A DNA stretch of 47,939 nt, taken from Candidatus Limnocylindrales bacterium. GTDB taxonomy: Bacteria; Chloroflexota; Limnocylindria; Limnocylindrales; CSP1-4. Positions 26,828 to 38,797 of the stretch are shown here, one piece after another. Location of the stretch: NCBI GenBank assembly GCA_035701885.1, contig DASSRG010000088.1, positions 1 to 47,939 on the forward strand, given 5' to 3'. The notes below the pieces were generated by a model, which had not been told where the DNA came from, ran no database searches, and saw only the letters and a program-made list of their open reading frames with translations. How positions within the stretch are numbered: the stretch's first letter is position 1; each line of letters opens with the position of its first letter. Position numbers and translations under genes: made by a program.

Positions 26828-27538
26828 ATGGGCGGGAAGACGGCGATCGCAGGCGGGCTGGTGGCCGGCCTGCTCACCGGGGCGGTCGTCGTGGGTGCCG
26901 TCGTGCTGCTGACACCGCCACCCACCCCGGCCCAGGCACCGCTCCCGTCGGCCGTCGCGGAGGAGTCGCCGCCGGCGACCGCGTCGGCGGCTCCCTCGCC
27001 GTCCTCCTCGAGCTCGCCGGCCCCGTCGGGTTCGGCGGCCCCGTCGGGTTCCGCGGCCCCGTCGGGTTCCGCGGCTGCGCCCACCGACGCCGGCGAGGCG
27101 TTCGGCATCGGCGAGCCCGCGCCGCCGCTCACGGTGCCCCAGCTGGGCGGCGGCGACATCGCGCTCGCAACCCTCAAGGGCTCCCCGGTGTGGGTCAACT
27201 TCATGGCCAGCTGGTGCCCGCCGTGCCGCGACGAGCTTCCGATCATGAACGGCCTGGCCGCTCGCTACGCCGAGACGGGCCTGATCGTGCTCGCGATCGA
27301 CGTTCGCGAGGACGAGACGGTCGCCGACGCGTTCGCACGGGAGATGAAGGTGACCTTCCCGGTCGGGCTGGACACGGACGGGACGGCGCAGAACGCATGG
27401 CGCGCGCTCGCACTCCCGGTGCACTTCTGGATCGATGCCGACGGCATCGTGCGGGACGGCGCGCTCGGGGGGATCGGGCCGGACGTCATGGCGAACGGCC
27501 TGGAGTCGATCCTGCCCGGCGTCGACGTCACGCCCTAG
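26828..27538 (+). CDS. TlpA/ResA-like membrane-anchored thiol-disulfide oxidoreductase
   Basis: 236 aa: signal-anchor, Ser/Pro/Ala linker, and a thioredoxin fold with the WCPPC active site (VWVNFMASWCPPCRDELP). Confidence 0.85.
   Translation: MGGKTAIAGGLVAGLLTGAVVVGAVVLLTPPPTPAQAPLPSAVAEESPPATASAAPSPSSSSSPAPSGSAAPSGSAAPSGSAAAPTDAGEAFGIGEPAPPLTVPQLGGGDIALATLKGSPVWVNFMASWCPPCRDELPIMNGLAARYAETGLIVLAIDVREDETVADAFAREMKVTFPVGLDTDGTAQNAWRALALPVHFWIDADGIVRDGALGGIGPDVMANGLESILPGVDVTP
27020..27073. repeat. 3 x 18-bp in-frame tandem repeat (APSGSA x3) in the TlpA-like linker
   Basis: gccccgtcgggttc(g/c)gcg is repeated three times head to tail. Confidence 0.9.
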
Positions 27539-27547
27539 CGCCCTGGC

Positions 27548-27607
27548 GCCCCGCGACCGCGCCCCGCGACCGCGCCACCGCGCCCCCCGATCGCGCCACC
27601 GCGCCCC
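27548..27607. repeat. Short GC-rich tandem and dispersed repeats (13-15 bp)
   Basis: gccccgcgaccgc x2 (27548-27573), then gccaccgcgcccc at 27574 and again inside 27593-27607. Confidence 0.8.
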
Positions 27608-27856
27608 GCGGTCCGTGCCGCGCGCGCCGGGCGGTCCGCACGTCGTGGCGGTTCGACAATTGCCCGCCCCGTGGACCGTAACGGTTCGCAGGAGGGCGGT
27701 CCCTCCGCGATCTCCTGACACACGTCCAGCACGCGGTCCGTAGTCACGAATCCCTTGACGACGGTCCACCCCGCGGACCGCTGTCAGGTCGGCCAGCGAA
27801 CGTCGTGCGTGCACGTCGCCGCGGCGACGGCGGGGGCGCGAATACCGTCCGCCGCC

Positions 27857-28092
27857 GAGACGGATGGCGGCGGGCCGGCCCGCCCGTCGAGCAGGACACC
27901 GGGAGTGCGCCGGGCCGGCGAGACGGATGGCGGCGGTCCGGCCGGCCCGTCGAGCAGGACAGGGATCGTGCGCCCGGCCGGCGAGACGCGAGGACGGCGG
28001 GCGGTCAGCCCACGCGTCGAGCGGGACACCGGGAGTGCGCCCGGCCGGCGAGACGCGAGGACGGCGTGCGCTCAGCCGACCCCGAGGCTCGG
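27857..28092. repeat. Tandem minisatellite, about 3.7 units of 63-67 bp
   Basis: Units start with gagacg at 27857, 27920, 27983 and 28050. The first two are near-identical. Each ends in ..gtgcgcc(c)ggccggc. The array abuts the nuoN stop codon. Confidence 0.85.
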
Positions 28093-29589
28093 CTAGCTCG
28101 CCGGAAGCTGCGTCACGGCCTCCGCGGCGGACTGGACGATCGTCAGCAGCCCGCCGGGGATGAGCCCCAGTGCGATCGTGAACACCGTCGCCACGGCGAG
28201 GCCGGTCCACACGAGGCGGCCGTGCGGCAGGGCCGGCTCCTCGGTCTGCGGGTCGCGCATCCACATGTACACGACGACGCGCAGGTAGTAGAACGCCGCG
28301 ATCGCCGCGTTGATCATCGTGACCACCGCGAGCACGGTGAGCCAGCCGTTCGTGGAGCCGGCGTTGACCGCGGCGAGGATCACGTAGAACTTGCCGAAGA
28401 ACCCGGCCGTCGGCGGGATGCCCGTCAGGCTGAGCAGGAACAGCGTCATCATCAGCGCGAGGGCAGGCTCGCGGCGGATGAGGCCGGAGAACGTCGACAG
28501 GTTGGAGGTCACGCCCAGCCGGCGCTGGATGGCGGCGATGACGGCGAACGCACCGAGGTTCATGAACGCGTACGCCGCGCCGTAGAACAGCAGTCCCTCG
28601 AGCCCGAGGATCTGCCCCGCGCCGTACGCCGCGAACCCGACCAGCATGTAGCCGGTGTGCGCGATCGACGAGTACGCGAGCATCCGCTTGACGTTGTCCT
28701 GGGTCAGCGCGACGAGGTTGCCCAGCGTCATCGTCAGCGCGGCGAGGATCATGATGATCACGTTCCAGTCCGCGGCCAGCGGCCCGAGCGCGTCCCCGAA
28801 CAACCGAATGATCAGCGCGAACGCGCCGACCTTCGGGCCGACCGAGAGGTAGCCGGTCACGGGCGTCGGCGAGCCTTGGTACGCGTCGGGCGTCCAGTAG
28901 TGGAACGGCACGGCGGCGATCTTGAAGGCGACGCCCGTCATGAGGAAGGCGAGGCCGAGGCCCAGTCCGGGCGACAGCGGGATGCCGCCCTCGAGGATCT
29001 GCCACACCCCGGCGATGCTCGTCGTCCCGGTGAGCCCCCACACGAACGCGAGGCCGAACAGGAAGATCGCCGACGAGAACGAGCCGAGCAGGAAGTACTT
29101 GATCGCGCCCTCGGTGCTGTAGCCGTCGGTCTTGTGGTAGCCGGCGAGCATGTAACCGGGCAGGACCATGAGCTCGAGGCCCAGGAACAGCACGAGCAGG
29201 TCCGCAGACCCGGCGATCAGCATCGCGCCCGACATCGCGAACACGAGGACGGCCGCGAACTCGGCGACCGGCAGCTTGCGCTCCGCGAGGTAATCCGGGG
29301 CGAACGCCATCGTCAGCGCGACGATCGCGACGAACAGCAGGTCCAGGTAGGTCGTCAGCGCGTCGACGACGTATGCGCCGTTGAACGCGGTGAGCGAGCC
29401 GCCGGGCTCGTTGGCCGCGGCCTGGCCCGTGATCGCGGTGATCGCGCCGACGAGCGTGAGGCCCATGAACGTGACGACGATCGCGGGCACGAACCGGCCG
29501 GGCGCGATGAAGTCGACGACGAGGATCGCCGCGGCGAGCAGGATCGCCGCGATGACGGGGCCGAACAGGGCGAGGTCGTTGACGGTCAT
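28093..29589 (-). CDS. nuoN: NADH-quinone oxidoreductase subunit N
   Basis: 498 aa, antiporter-like, with LGLELMVLPGYMLAG, FHYWTPDAYQGSPTPVTGYL and AYSSIAHTGYML. Confidence 0.9.
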   Translation of the reverse strand: MTVNDLALFGPVIAAILLAAAILVVDFIAPGRFVPAIVVTFMGLTLVGAITAITGQAAANEPGGSLTAFNGAYVVDALTTYLDLLFVAIVALTMAFAPDYLAERKLPVAEFAAVLVFAMSGAMLIAGSADLLVLFLGLELMVLPGYMLAGYHKTDGYSTEGAIKYFLLGSFSSAIFLFGLAFVWGLTGTTSIAGVWQILEGGIPLSPGLGLGLAFLMTGVAFKIAAVPFHYWTPDAYQGSPTPVTGYLSVGPKVGAFALIIRLFGDALGPLAADWNVIIMILAALTMTLGNLVALTQDNVKRMLAYSSIAHTGYMLVGFAAYGAGQILGLEGLLFYGAAYAFMNLGAFAVIAAIQRRLGVTSNLSTFSGLIRREPALALMMTLFLLSLTGIPPTAGFFGKFYVILAAVNAGSTNGWLTVLAVVTMINAAIAAFYYLRVVVYMWMRDPQTEEPALPHGRLVWTGLAVATVFTIALGLIPGGLLTIVQSAAEAVTQLPAS

Positions 29590-29599
29590 CCTCGGGCCT

Positions 29600-31165
29600 C
29601 TACCGCCACAGCCCGAGGGCGACGGGCGCGGCCTGGTTGACGGCGTTCAGCGTCTGCTCGACCGGACCCTGGATCAGGTCGAGCAGGATGCCCGGGTAGA
29701 GGCCGAACACGACGACGAGCGCGCCCAGCGGGACGAGCGTCAGGGCCTCGATCGGCTTCATGTCGGTCAGGTGGTGCCCCAGCCCCTTGAGGAAGTCGGA
29801 CACCTCGCCGAAGGCCAGCCGCTGGAACATCCACAGGAGGTAGCCGGCGGCGAAGATCATCACGAACGTCGCGACGGTCGCGGCGAGGTAGTCCACCTGG
29901 AACGTCCCGATCAGGGTCAGGAACTCGCCGACGAAGCCCGACAGGCCCGGCAGGCCGACGGAGGCGAAGACGAAGAACCCGAACGCGGCGGCGTACACCG
30001 GCATCGGCGACCCGAGCCCGCCCAGCTTCGCGATCGTCCGATCGTGGGTGCGCTCGTAGATCACGCCCACGAGGAGGAACAGGGCGCCCGTGATGAGCCC
30101 GTGGTTGATCATCTGCAGGACCGCGCCCTGCATGCCCTGCTCCTGGAACACGAAGATGCCCAGGGTCACGAAGCCCATGTGGCTGACGGAGGAGTAGGCG
30201 ACGAGCTTCTTGAGGTCCGGCTGGACGAGCGCGACGATGGCGCCGTAGATGATCCCGATCAGGCTGAGCACGATGATGATCGGCGCCCACGAGTGGGCCG
30301 CCTCCGGGAACAGCGGCAGCGCGAACCGGATGAACCCGTAGCCGCCCAGCTTGAGCAGCACGCCGGCGAGGATCACCGAGCCCGCCGTCGGCGCCTCGAC
30401 GTGCGCGTCGGGCAGCCAGGTGTGGAACGGGAACATCGGGACCTTGATCGCGAAGGCGAGGAAGAAGGCACCGAACGCGAGGAGCCCGAACGTCCCGCCG
30501 AACGCGCCGGTTCCGGCGTACTGGGTCAGCGCCTGGAGGTCGAAGGCGTTCTCCCACGACCCGCCGTGCCCGGCCTGGTAGGTGTACGCGACCGCGAGGA
30601 TCGCGACCAGCATCAGCAGCGAGCCGACGAGCGTGTACAGGACGAACTTGATCGTCGCGTAGATCCGGTTCTTGCCGCCCCAGATGCCGATGATCAGGTA
30701 CATCGGGACGAGGACGAGCTCCCAGAAGATGTAGAACAGGAACAGGTCCAGCGCGACGAACACGCCGATCATCCCGATCTCGAGCACCAGGAACGAGACC
30801 ATGTACTCCTTGACCCGGGTCTGGATGGGGCCGAACGAGGCGAGGATCGAGATCCAGGTGAGGGTCGTGGTGAGGACGACGAGGGCGAGCGAGAGGCCGT
30901 CGACGCCGACGGTGTAGGTGATCCCGAACATCGGGATCCTGTCGATCGACTGGGTGAACTGGTAGCCGCCGGCGGCGTTGTCGTACCCCGCGAGCATCAC
31001 GAGCGACACGGCCCACGTCACCAGCGCGATGCCCAGCGCAACGTAGCGGATCAGCTGCGGGCGGCTCGAGGGCAGGAATGCGAGCAGGATCGAGCCGAGG
31101 AGCGGCAGGAAGACCACGATCGTGACCAGCGGGAGCCCGGCGAGCTGCTGGCTGAGCTGGCTCAT
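29600..31165 (-). CDS. nuoM: NADH-quinone oxidoreductase subunit M
   Basis: 521 aa from MSQLSQQ (ATG 31165, ATGA overlap with nuoL). FLFYIFWELVLVPMYLIIGIWGG, FHTWLPDAHVEAPTAGSVILAGVLLK and AYSSVSHMGFV. Confidence 0.9.
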   Translation of the reverse strand: MSQLSQQLAGLPLVTIVVFLPLLGSILLAFLPSSRPQLIRYVALGIALVTWAVSLVMLAGYDNAAGGYQFTQSIDRIPMFGITYTVGVDGLSLALVVLTTTLTWISILASFGPIQTRVKEYMVSFLVLEIGMIGVFVALDLFLFYIFWELVLVPMYLIIGIWGGKNRIYATIKFVLYTLVGSLLMLVAILAVAYTYQAGHGGSWENAFDLQALTQYAGTGAFGGTFGLLAFGAFFLAFAIKVPMFPFHTWLPDAHVEAPTAGSVILAGVLLKLGGYGFIRFALPLFPEAAHSWAPIIIVLSLIGIIYGAIVALVQPDLKKLVAYSSVSHMGFVTLGIFVFQEQGMQGAVLQMINHGLITGALFLLVGVIYERTHDRTIAKLGGLGSPMPVYAAAFGFFVFASVGLPGLSGFVGEFLTLIGTFQVDYLAATVATFVMIFAAGYLLWMFQRLAFGEVSDFLKGLGHHLTDMKPIEALTLVPLGALVVVFGLYPGILLDLIQGPVEQTLNAVNQAAPVALGLWR

Positions 31166-33216
31166 CGCGGCGCCCCCACGATCACGAGGAACGTGCCGGC
31201 CATCACGATCAGGCCGATCGCGATGCCCAGCGCGTAGTTCTGGACGCGGCCGGTCTGGATCCGCCGCAGCCCGCCGCCCGCATCGCGCGTGAGCAGCCCG
31301 ACGCCGTTCACGGCGCCGTCGATGATCGTGCGGTCGAACCACCACAGGAACGCGGCCACACGCCCGCCGATCCGGATGAACAGCAGGTCGTTGAGCTCGT
31401 CGAACCACCACTTGTTCAGCGACGCGCGGTAGAGGAAGCCGGTCAGCCGGCTCGCGCGCGGCACCTGGACGGCGATCTGGCGTCGCCCGTTGCGGCGGAA
31501 CAGGCCGAAGATCGCCATGCCGGCGACCAGGCCGATCGTCGCCAGGCCCACGCTCATGAGGATGAGGACGCCGTCGATGCCGAACAGCTCGTACTCGGCC
31601 TCGTGGTGGTTGAGGATCTCGGCAGACCCGGCGAACACGGGCTCCAGCCACTGGCCGATCCGGCTGTCCCCGAACGGCAGCCCGAGGAACATGCCCAGGA
31701 AGATCGACGGGATGGCGAGCAGCACGAGGGGGACCGTCATCTGCCACGCGCTCTCGTGGATCTTCGGCTCCACGTGCGGGTCGACGTGCGAGTCGCCGTA
31801 GAACGTCTTGCCCATCAGTCGCCACATGTAGAACGCGGTCATCCCCGCGACCACGAGGCCGATGAACCACACCCAGTAGTCCTGGAACTTGAACGCCTCG
31901 CCGAGGATCTCGTCCTTCGAGAAGAATCCGGCGAGCGGCGGGATGCCCGCGATCGCGATCGTGCCGATGAGCATCGTCCAGTGGGTGATCGGGATCTTCC
32001 GCCACAGGCCGCCCATGCGGTTCATGTCCTGCTCCTCGTGCACGGCGTGGATCACCGACCCCGAGCCGAGGAACAGCAGGCCCTTGAAGAAGCCGTGCGT
32101 CATCAGGTGGAAGATCGCGGCGACGTACGCGCCGATGCCCAGCGCGGCGAACATGTAGCCCAGCTGCGACAGCGTCGAGTACGCGAGGACGCGCTTGATG
32201 TCGGTCTGCGTGAACGCGATCGAGGCGGCGAATATGGCGGTGAAGATGCCGATCGCCGCGACGACGACCATCGCGTCCTGGGCGCTCGAGAACAGGAGGT
32301 TGGCGCGGGCCACGAGGTAGACGCCCGCGTTGACCATCGTCGCGGCGTGGATCAGCGCGGAGACCGGCGTGGGGCCCTCCATCGCGTCCGGCAGCCACAC
32401 GTGGAGCGGGAACTGGGCGCTCTTGCCCATCGCGCCCGCGAACACCAGCAGCGCGACGATCGTGAGCGGGATGACGTTGTTCGCGCCCTCCGCGGTCATC
32501 CGCACCAGCGACTCGTGGATGTCCATCGTCTGGGTGTTGACGAAGATCGCCATGATCCCCAGCGCGAAGCCCACGTCGCCGACGCGGTTGACGATGAACG
32601 CCTTCTTCGCCGCGAGGGCCGCGGATCGCTTGTGGTACCAGAAGCCGATCAGGGAGTAGCTGGACAGGCCGACCAGCTCCCAGCCCGCGAACACGAGCAG
32701 CCACGAGCTCGCGAGGACGAGCACGAGCATCGAGAACATGAACAGGTTGAGATAGGCGAAGAACCGCCACGTCGCCGGGTCGTGCGCCATGTACCCGATC
32801 GAGTAGATGTGCACGAGCATGCCGATCGTCGTGACGACGAGGAGCAGGACCGCGGTCAGCGAGTCGACGTGGAACCCGAGGTCGACCGTGAAGTTCCCGG
32901 CGGGGATCCACGTCCAGAGCTTGAACGTGATCCCTTCCTCGTTGAACGGCGCCTGGTGCTGGAGCGCGGGGACGATGACCGCGAGGGCGATCACCCACAC
33001 CGCGACGATGAGCCCGACCGGCACGATCTCCGCGGCCCACCGCCCGAAGCGAGCCTGGAGCCGCCGGCCGAACAGCGCGGTGAACGCGAAGCCGAGGATC
33101 GGCAGCAGCGGGATCAGCGAGATCAGCAGCCGGTAGGTCGCCTCGTCGAACGGGGCCGTGCCCGCGGCCTCGGCGCCTTCGGTGGCCGCGAACAGGAGGG
33201 TCGGAAGCAGGTGCAT
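31162..33216 (-). CDS. nuoL: NADH-quinone oxidoreductase subunit L
   Basis: 684 aa with HIYSIGYMAHDP, GWELVGLSSYSLIGFWY, LHVWLPDAMEGPTPVSALIHAATMV and AYSTLSQLGYM. Confidence 0.92.
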   Translation of the reverse strand: MHLLPTLLFAATEGAEAAGTAPFDEATYRLLISLIPLLPILGFAFTALFGRRLQARFGRWAAEIVPVGLIVAVWVIALAVIVPALQHQAPFNEEGITFKLWTWIPAGNFTVDLGFHVDSLTAVLLLVVTTIGMLVHIYSIGYMAHDPATWRFFAYLNLFMFSMLVLVLASSWLLVFAGWELVGLSSYSLIGFWYHKRSAALAAKKAFIVNRVGDVGFALGIMAIFVNTQTMDIHESLVRMTAEGANNVIPLTIVALLVFAGAMGKSAQFPLHVWLPDAMEGPTPVSALIHAATMVNAGVYLVARANLLFSSAQDAMVVVAAIGIFTAIFAASIAFTQTDIKRVLAYSTLSQLGYMFAALGIGAYVAAIFHLMTHGFFKGLLFLGSGSVIHAVHEEQDMNRMGGLWRKIPITHWTMLIGTIAIAGIPPLAGFFSKDEILGEAFKFQDYWVWFIGLVVAGMTAFYMWRLMGKTFYGDSHVDPHVEPKIHESAWQMTVPLVLLAIPSIFLGMFLGLPFGDSRIGQWLEPVFAGSAEILNHHEAEYELFGIDGVLILMSVGLATIGLVAGMAIFGLFRRNGRRQIAVQVPRASRLTGFLYRASLNKWWFDELNDLLFIRIGGRVAAFLWWFDRTIIDGAVNGVGLLTRDAGGGLRRIQTGRVQNYALGIAIGLIVMAGTFLVIVGAPR

Positions 33217-33222
33217 CGCCGG

Positions 33223-33555
33223 CTACTGCCGCATCGCGTCGTACTCGTCGACCAGCGGAGTCTTCCGGTTGCGGAAGATCGCGATGACGATCGCGAGGCC
33301 GACGGTCGCCTCGGCCGCGGCCGCGGCCATGACGATCAGCGCGATCACCGACGCGTCCACGTTGAGCGACGTCGAGAACGCTCCGAACGCGATGATCGAC
33401 AGGTTGACCGCGTTGAGCATCAGCTCGATCGACATCAGCATCGAGATCGCGTTCCGGCGGGCGAGGAAGCCGAACCCGCCGATCGCGAACAGGACGCCGG
33501 ACAGGACGAGATAGGCGTCCAGCGACTGCGACAGGCCGTCGAGCGCGCTCAGCAC
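33223..33555 (-). CDS. nuoK: NADH-quinone oxidoreductase subunit K
   Basis: 110 aa from GTG 33555, the C-terminal part of track ORF 33223..34053. [41 protein letters not shown]. Confidence 0.85.
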   Translation of the reverse strand: MLSALDGLSQSLDAYLVLSGVLFAIGGFGFLARRNAISMLMSIELMLNAVNLSIIAFGAFSTSLNVDASVIALIVMAAAAAEATVGLAIVIAIFRNRKTPLVDEYDAMRQ

Positions 33556-34091
33556 TACTCGTTCCCCCCGCGCTCGCGCTTGGCGAGGAACACGCCGCCG
33601 ATGACCGCGGCGAGGAGCAGGACGCTGACCACCTCGAACGCGAGGATGTAGTTGCTGAACAGCTCGGTGGCGAGCGCCGTGGCGGACGTCGCGATGCGCG
33701 TGCCGGTCGCGGGCCAGTCGGTCGCGACGACCGTGATCCCGATCAGCAGCGCGAGCACCGCCGCGGCGATCGCGGCGGGCAGCGCCTGGGTCTGGAACAC
33801 CAGGGCGTTCGGCCCCGCCTTCGTCTGGGTCAGCATGATCGCGAACAGGATCAGGACGCTGATCGCGCCGATGTAGACGAGCACCTGCGCGGCGGCCACG
33901 ACGGTCGCCCCGGCGAGCACGTACAACCCGGCGAGCGCGGCGAAGCACACGATCATCGCCAGCCCGCAGCGGATGATGTCGCGCATCGTGACGACGAGCA
34001 GCGCCGCGCCGATCATGACGGCCGCGAGGCCCATGAACAGCAGGTCGTCCCATCCGAACCCGAGGAACGGGATCGTGTCAGGCAGCGTCAC
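33555..34091 (-). CDS. nuoJ: NADH-quinone oxidoreductase subunit J
   Basis: 178 aa with a GTG start. NuoJ pattern [22 protein letters not shown]. Confidence 0.85.
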   Translation of the reverse strand: MTLPDTIPFLGFGWDDLLFMGLAAVMIGAALLVVTMRDIIRCGLAMIVCFAALAGLYVLAGATVVAAAQVLVYIGAISVLILFAIMLTQTKAGPNALVFQTQALPAAIAAAVLALLIGITVVATDWPATGTRIATSATALATELFSNYILAFEVVSVLLLAAVIGGVFLAKRERGGNE

Positions 34092-34100
34092 CGATCCCTC

Positions 34101-36793
<2,693 letters not shown>

Positions 36794-36794
<1 letters not shown>

Positions 36795-38131
36795 CAGCGG
36801 GATCCCGGTGTCGCGGCGGCACCGACGGCGATGGGGTGACAGACCCCGGCCGGACAGGTGCTGCGGAGGAGGTGGTCGTCGAGCTCGGAACGGAAGTATC
36901 GCATCCCGCTCGTGAACGGAAGGGTGGCCAGGCGCTCGTGCTCGCACAGGCCGGAGGCGGCGACGTCGTGGGCGAGGTCGGCCATCAGCGCCATGTCGGT
37001 GGGCTTCGGGCGGCCCGTCGCGACGCGGTCGCCGATCTCGTACAGCCGCTGCAGGCCGATCCGACACGGGATCGTCTTGCCGCACGCCTCGTCGGCCGAG
37101 AACTTCGTCAGCAGGCGGGCGAGGTCGACGACGCAGGCGCGGTCGTCCGCGACGACGATCGACCCCGAGCCGACGTGCGCCCCCGCCTCGCGGAGCGAGT
37201 CGAACTCGTAGGGCGTGTCGATCAGGTCGGCCGGCAGCAGGCCCCCGGTCGGCCCGCCGACGAGGATCGCCTTGAGGCTCCGTGCGCCGACGCCGCCGGT
37301 GAGGCGGAGCAGCTCCCGCAGGGGGGTCCCGAGCGGCACCTCGGCGATGCCGCCGCCTTCGGGGCCGCGGAGCTGGACGAGGATCGTGCCGGGGCTCGTC
37401 TTCGTCCCGATCGCGCCGAACGCGGCCGCGCCCTCACGGATGATCCACGGGACGGCGGCGAGGGTCTGGACGTTGTTGACGACCGTCGGCTTCTCGAACA
37501 GGCCGCGCTCGGTGGGGTACGGCGGACGCTGCTCGGGCTGGCCGCGGCGGCCGGCGAGCGCCTTGAGCAGGACCGTCTCCTCGCCCAGCATGTAGGCGCC
37601 CTGGACCGGGCGGACCGTCATCGTGATCCGGTAGCCGGAGCCCAGCACGTCGTCGCCGAGGAACCCGGCCTCCTCCGCCGCGAGGACCGCGCCCTCGAGC
37701 AACGTGACGAGCGCGGTGTCCTCCGCACGGACGGCGAGGATCGCCTCCGTCGCGCCGACGGCGAATGCCGCGATCGCGAGGCCCTCGATGACGGCCCACG
37801 GGTCTGCCGCCATCAACGTCGCGTCGGTCCGGACGGCCGGGTCCGCGCCGTAACCGTTCGCGACCACGTAGCGCTGGGTCGCCGGCATGTTGGCCGCCGC
37901 GCGCCACTTCTCGCCGGTCGGATACCCGCCGCCGCCGCGGCCGCGGAGGCCGGACGACGCGATGGTGGCGATCGTGCCGGTCGGCCCGAGGTCGCGGACG
38001 GCGTGACGCAGGGCCTCGAACGCGCCGGCGCGGATCGCGGCGTCGAGGTCCGACGGGTCGGACGCGAGCGCGGCGGCGCGTCCGGTCAGTACCGCGGGCC
38101 ACTCCTTCGGGGTCTGGAGGAAGGTCGCCAT
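36794..38131 (-). CDS. nuoF: NADH-quinone oxidoreductase subunit F (FMN/NADH-binding, N3 cluster)
   Basis: 445 aa from MATFLQTP. GLRGRGGGGYPTGEKW, YMLGEETVLLKALAGRRGQPEQRPPYP, ACGKTIPCRIG and ..GLCEHERLA. TGATG overlaps at both ends. Confidence 0.88.
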
Positions 38132-38793
38132 CAGCTCGCCTGCCCCGCGTACCCGAGCGATGCCTCGAGCGCCGAGCGGTACGACTGCTCGATCGCGGCG
38201 TGCGCCTGCCCGGCGGGCGGCAGGGACTCGATCGCCGGCGGCTCGAACCGCAGGTGCCGGTAGTAGCTCGCGGTCCCGTAGATGTACGCGTACCAGGCGC
38301 CGGTCACGCGGCTGATGTGCTTGAGCGCGCCGACCGGCAGGTAGCCGTACTCGGCCTGCGTCTCCTCCAGCATCGGGAGGAGCTCCTTGGGGTCGTAGTC
38401 GTGGCGCTCCATGATCTCGTCCAGGGCGCTCGTATCCACGGGGTCGAACCGCCGGAACGCCGCATCCGCGACCGGACGACCCGACCGGCGGATCGCCGAC
38501 TCCTCGCGCCGCTCGCCGTACGTCTCGGGCGGGCCCCAGTGGACGTGGAACCGGCCCTTGGTGTCGATGCCGCCCATGTCGATGCACTCGATCGGGCAGG
38601 CCTGGGCGCACTGGAAGCACGTCTCGCACTTGAGCGTGCCGTACTCGTCGTAGAGCAGCTGGAGGCGGCCGCGGAACTTCGGCGCGACGTCGGCGCGGAC
38701 CTCCGGGTAGCGGATCGTGGCCTTGGGCTGGAAGAACCGCTTCAGGGTCAGGCCCATGCCGCGGACGATGCCCATGCCGGGAACGAGGCTCAT
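38131..38793 (-). CDS. Chimeric subunit: NuoI N-terminal half (one 4Fe-4S motif) fused to the NuoE N-terminal helical domain (no 2Fe-2S domain)
   Basis: 220 aa. GLTLKRFFQPKATIRYPE..KCETCFQCAQACPIECID aligns with NuoI/Nqo9. LDEIMERHDYDPKELLPMLEETQAEYGYLPVGALKHISRVTGAWYAYIYGTASYYRHLRFEPP aligns with the NuoE/Nqo2 N terminus. Only 5 Cys are present, and there is no second ferredoxin motif or thioredoxin-like domain. Confidence 0.8.
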   Translation of the reverse strand: MSLVPGMGIVRGMGLTLKRFFQPKATIRYPEVRADVAPKFRGRLQLLYDEYGTLKCETCFQCAQACPIECIDMGGIDTKGRFHVHWGPPETYGERREESAIRRSGRPVADAAFRRFDPVDTSALDEIMERHDYDPKELLPMLEETQAEYGYLPVGALKHISRVTGAWYAYIYGTASYYRHLRFEPPAIESLPPAGQAHAAIEQSYRSALEASLGYAGQAS

Positions 38794-38797
38794 CGGG

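Noticed and set aside
27645-27690. tRNA-like GGTTCGA strings (ggcggttcgacaat, acggttcgcagg)
   Set aside because: The flanks cannot be folded into T-arm or acceptor stems or a cloverleaf. No anticodon arm is evident.
27857-28092. Possible CRISPR array
   Set aside because: The whole 63-67-bp unit is repeated with about 80-95 percent identity, and there are no unique spacers between short conserved repeats. No cas genes lie nearby.
27755-28096. ORFs through the minisatellite (27755..28096 +, 27784..28029 -) as repeat-containing small proteins
   Set aside because: The reading frames exist only because the 63-bp period is a multiple of 3. The translations are Arg/Pro/Gly-rich. There is no convincing start context, and the plus-strand ORF runs into the nuoN stop.
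26690-33651. Long ORFs 26690..29041(-), 27805..29640(+), 29381..31237(+), 29586..31016(-) and 31603..33651(+) over nuoL/M/N
   Set aside because: These are alternative frames of strongly supported Nuo antiporter-like subunits. They are low-complexity Arg/Asp/Glu/Pro translations.
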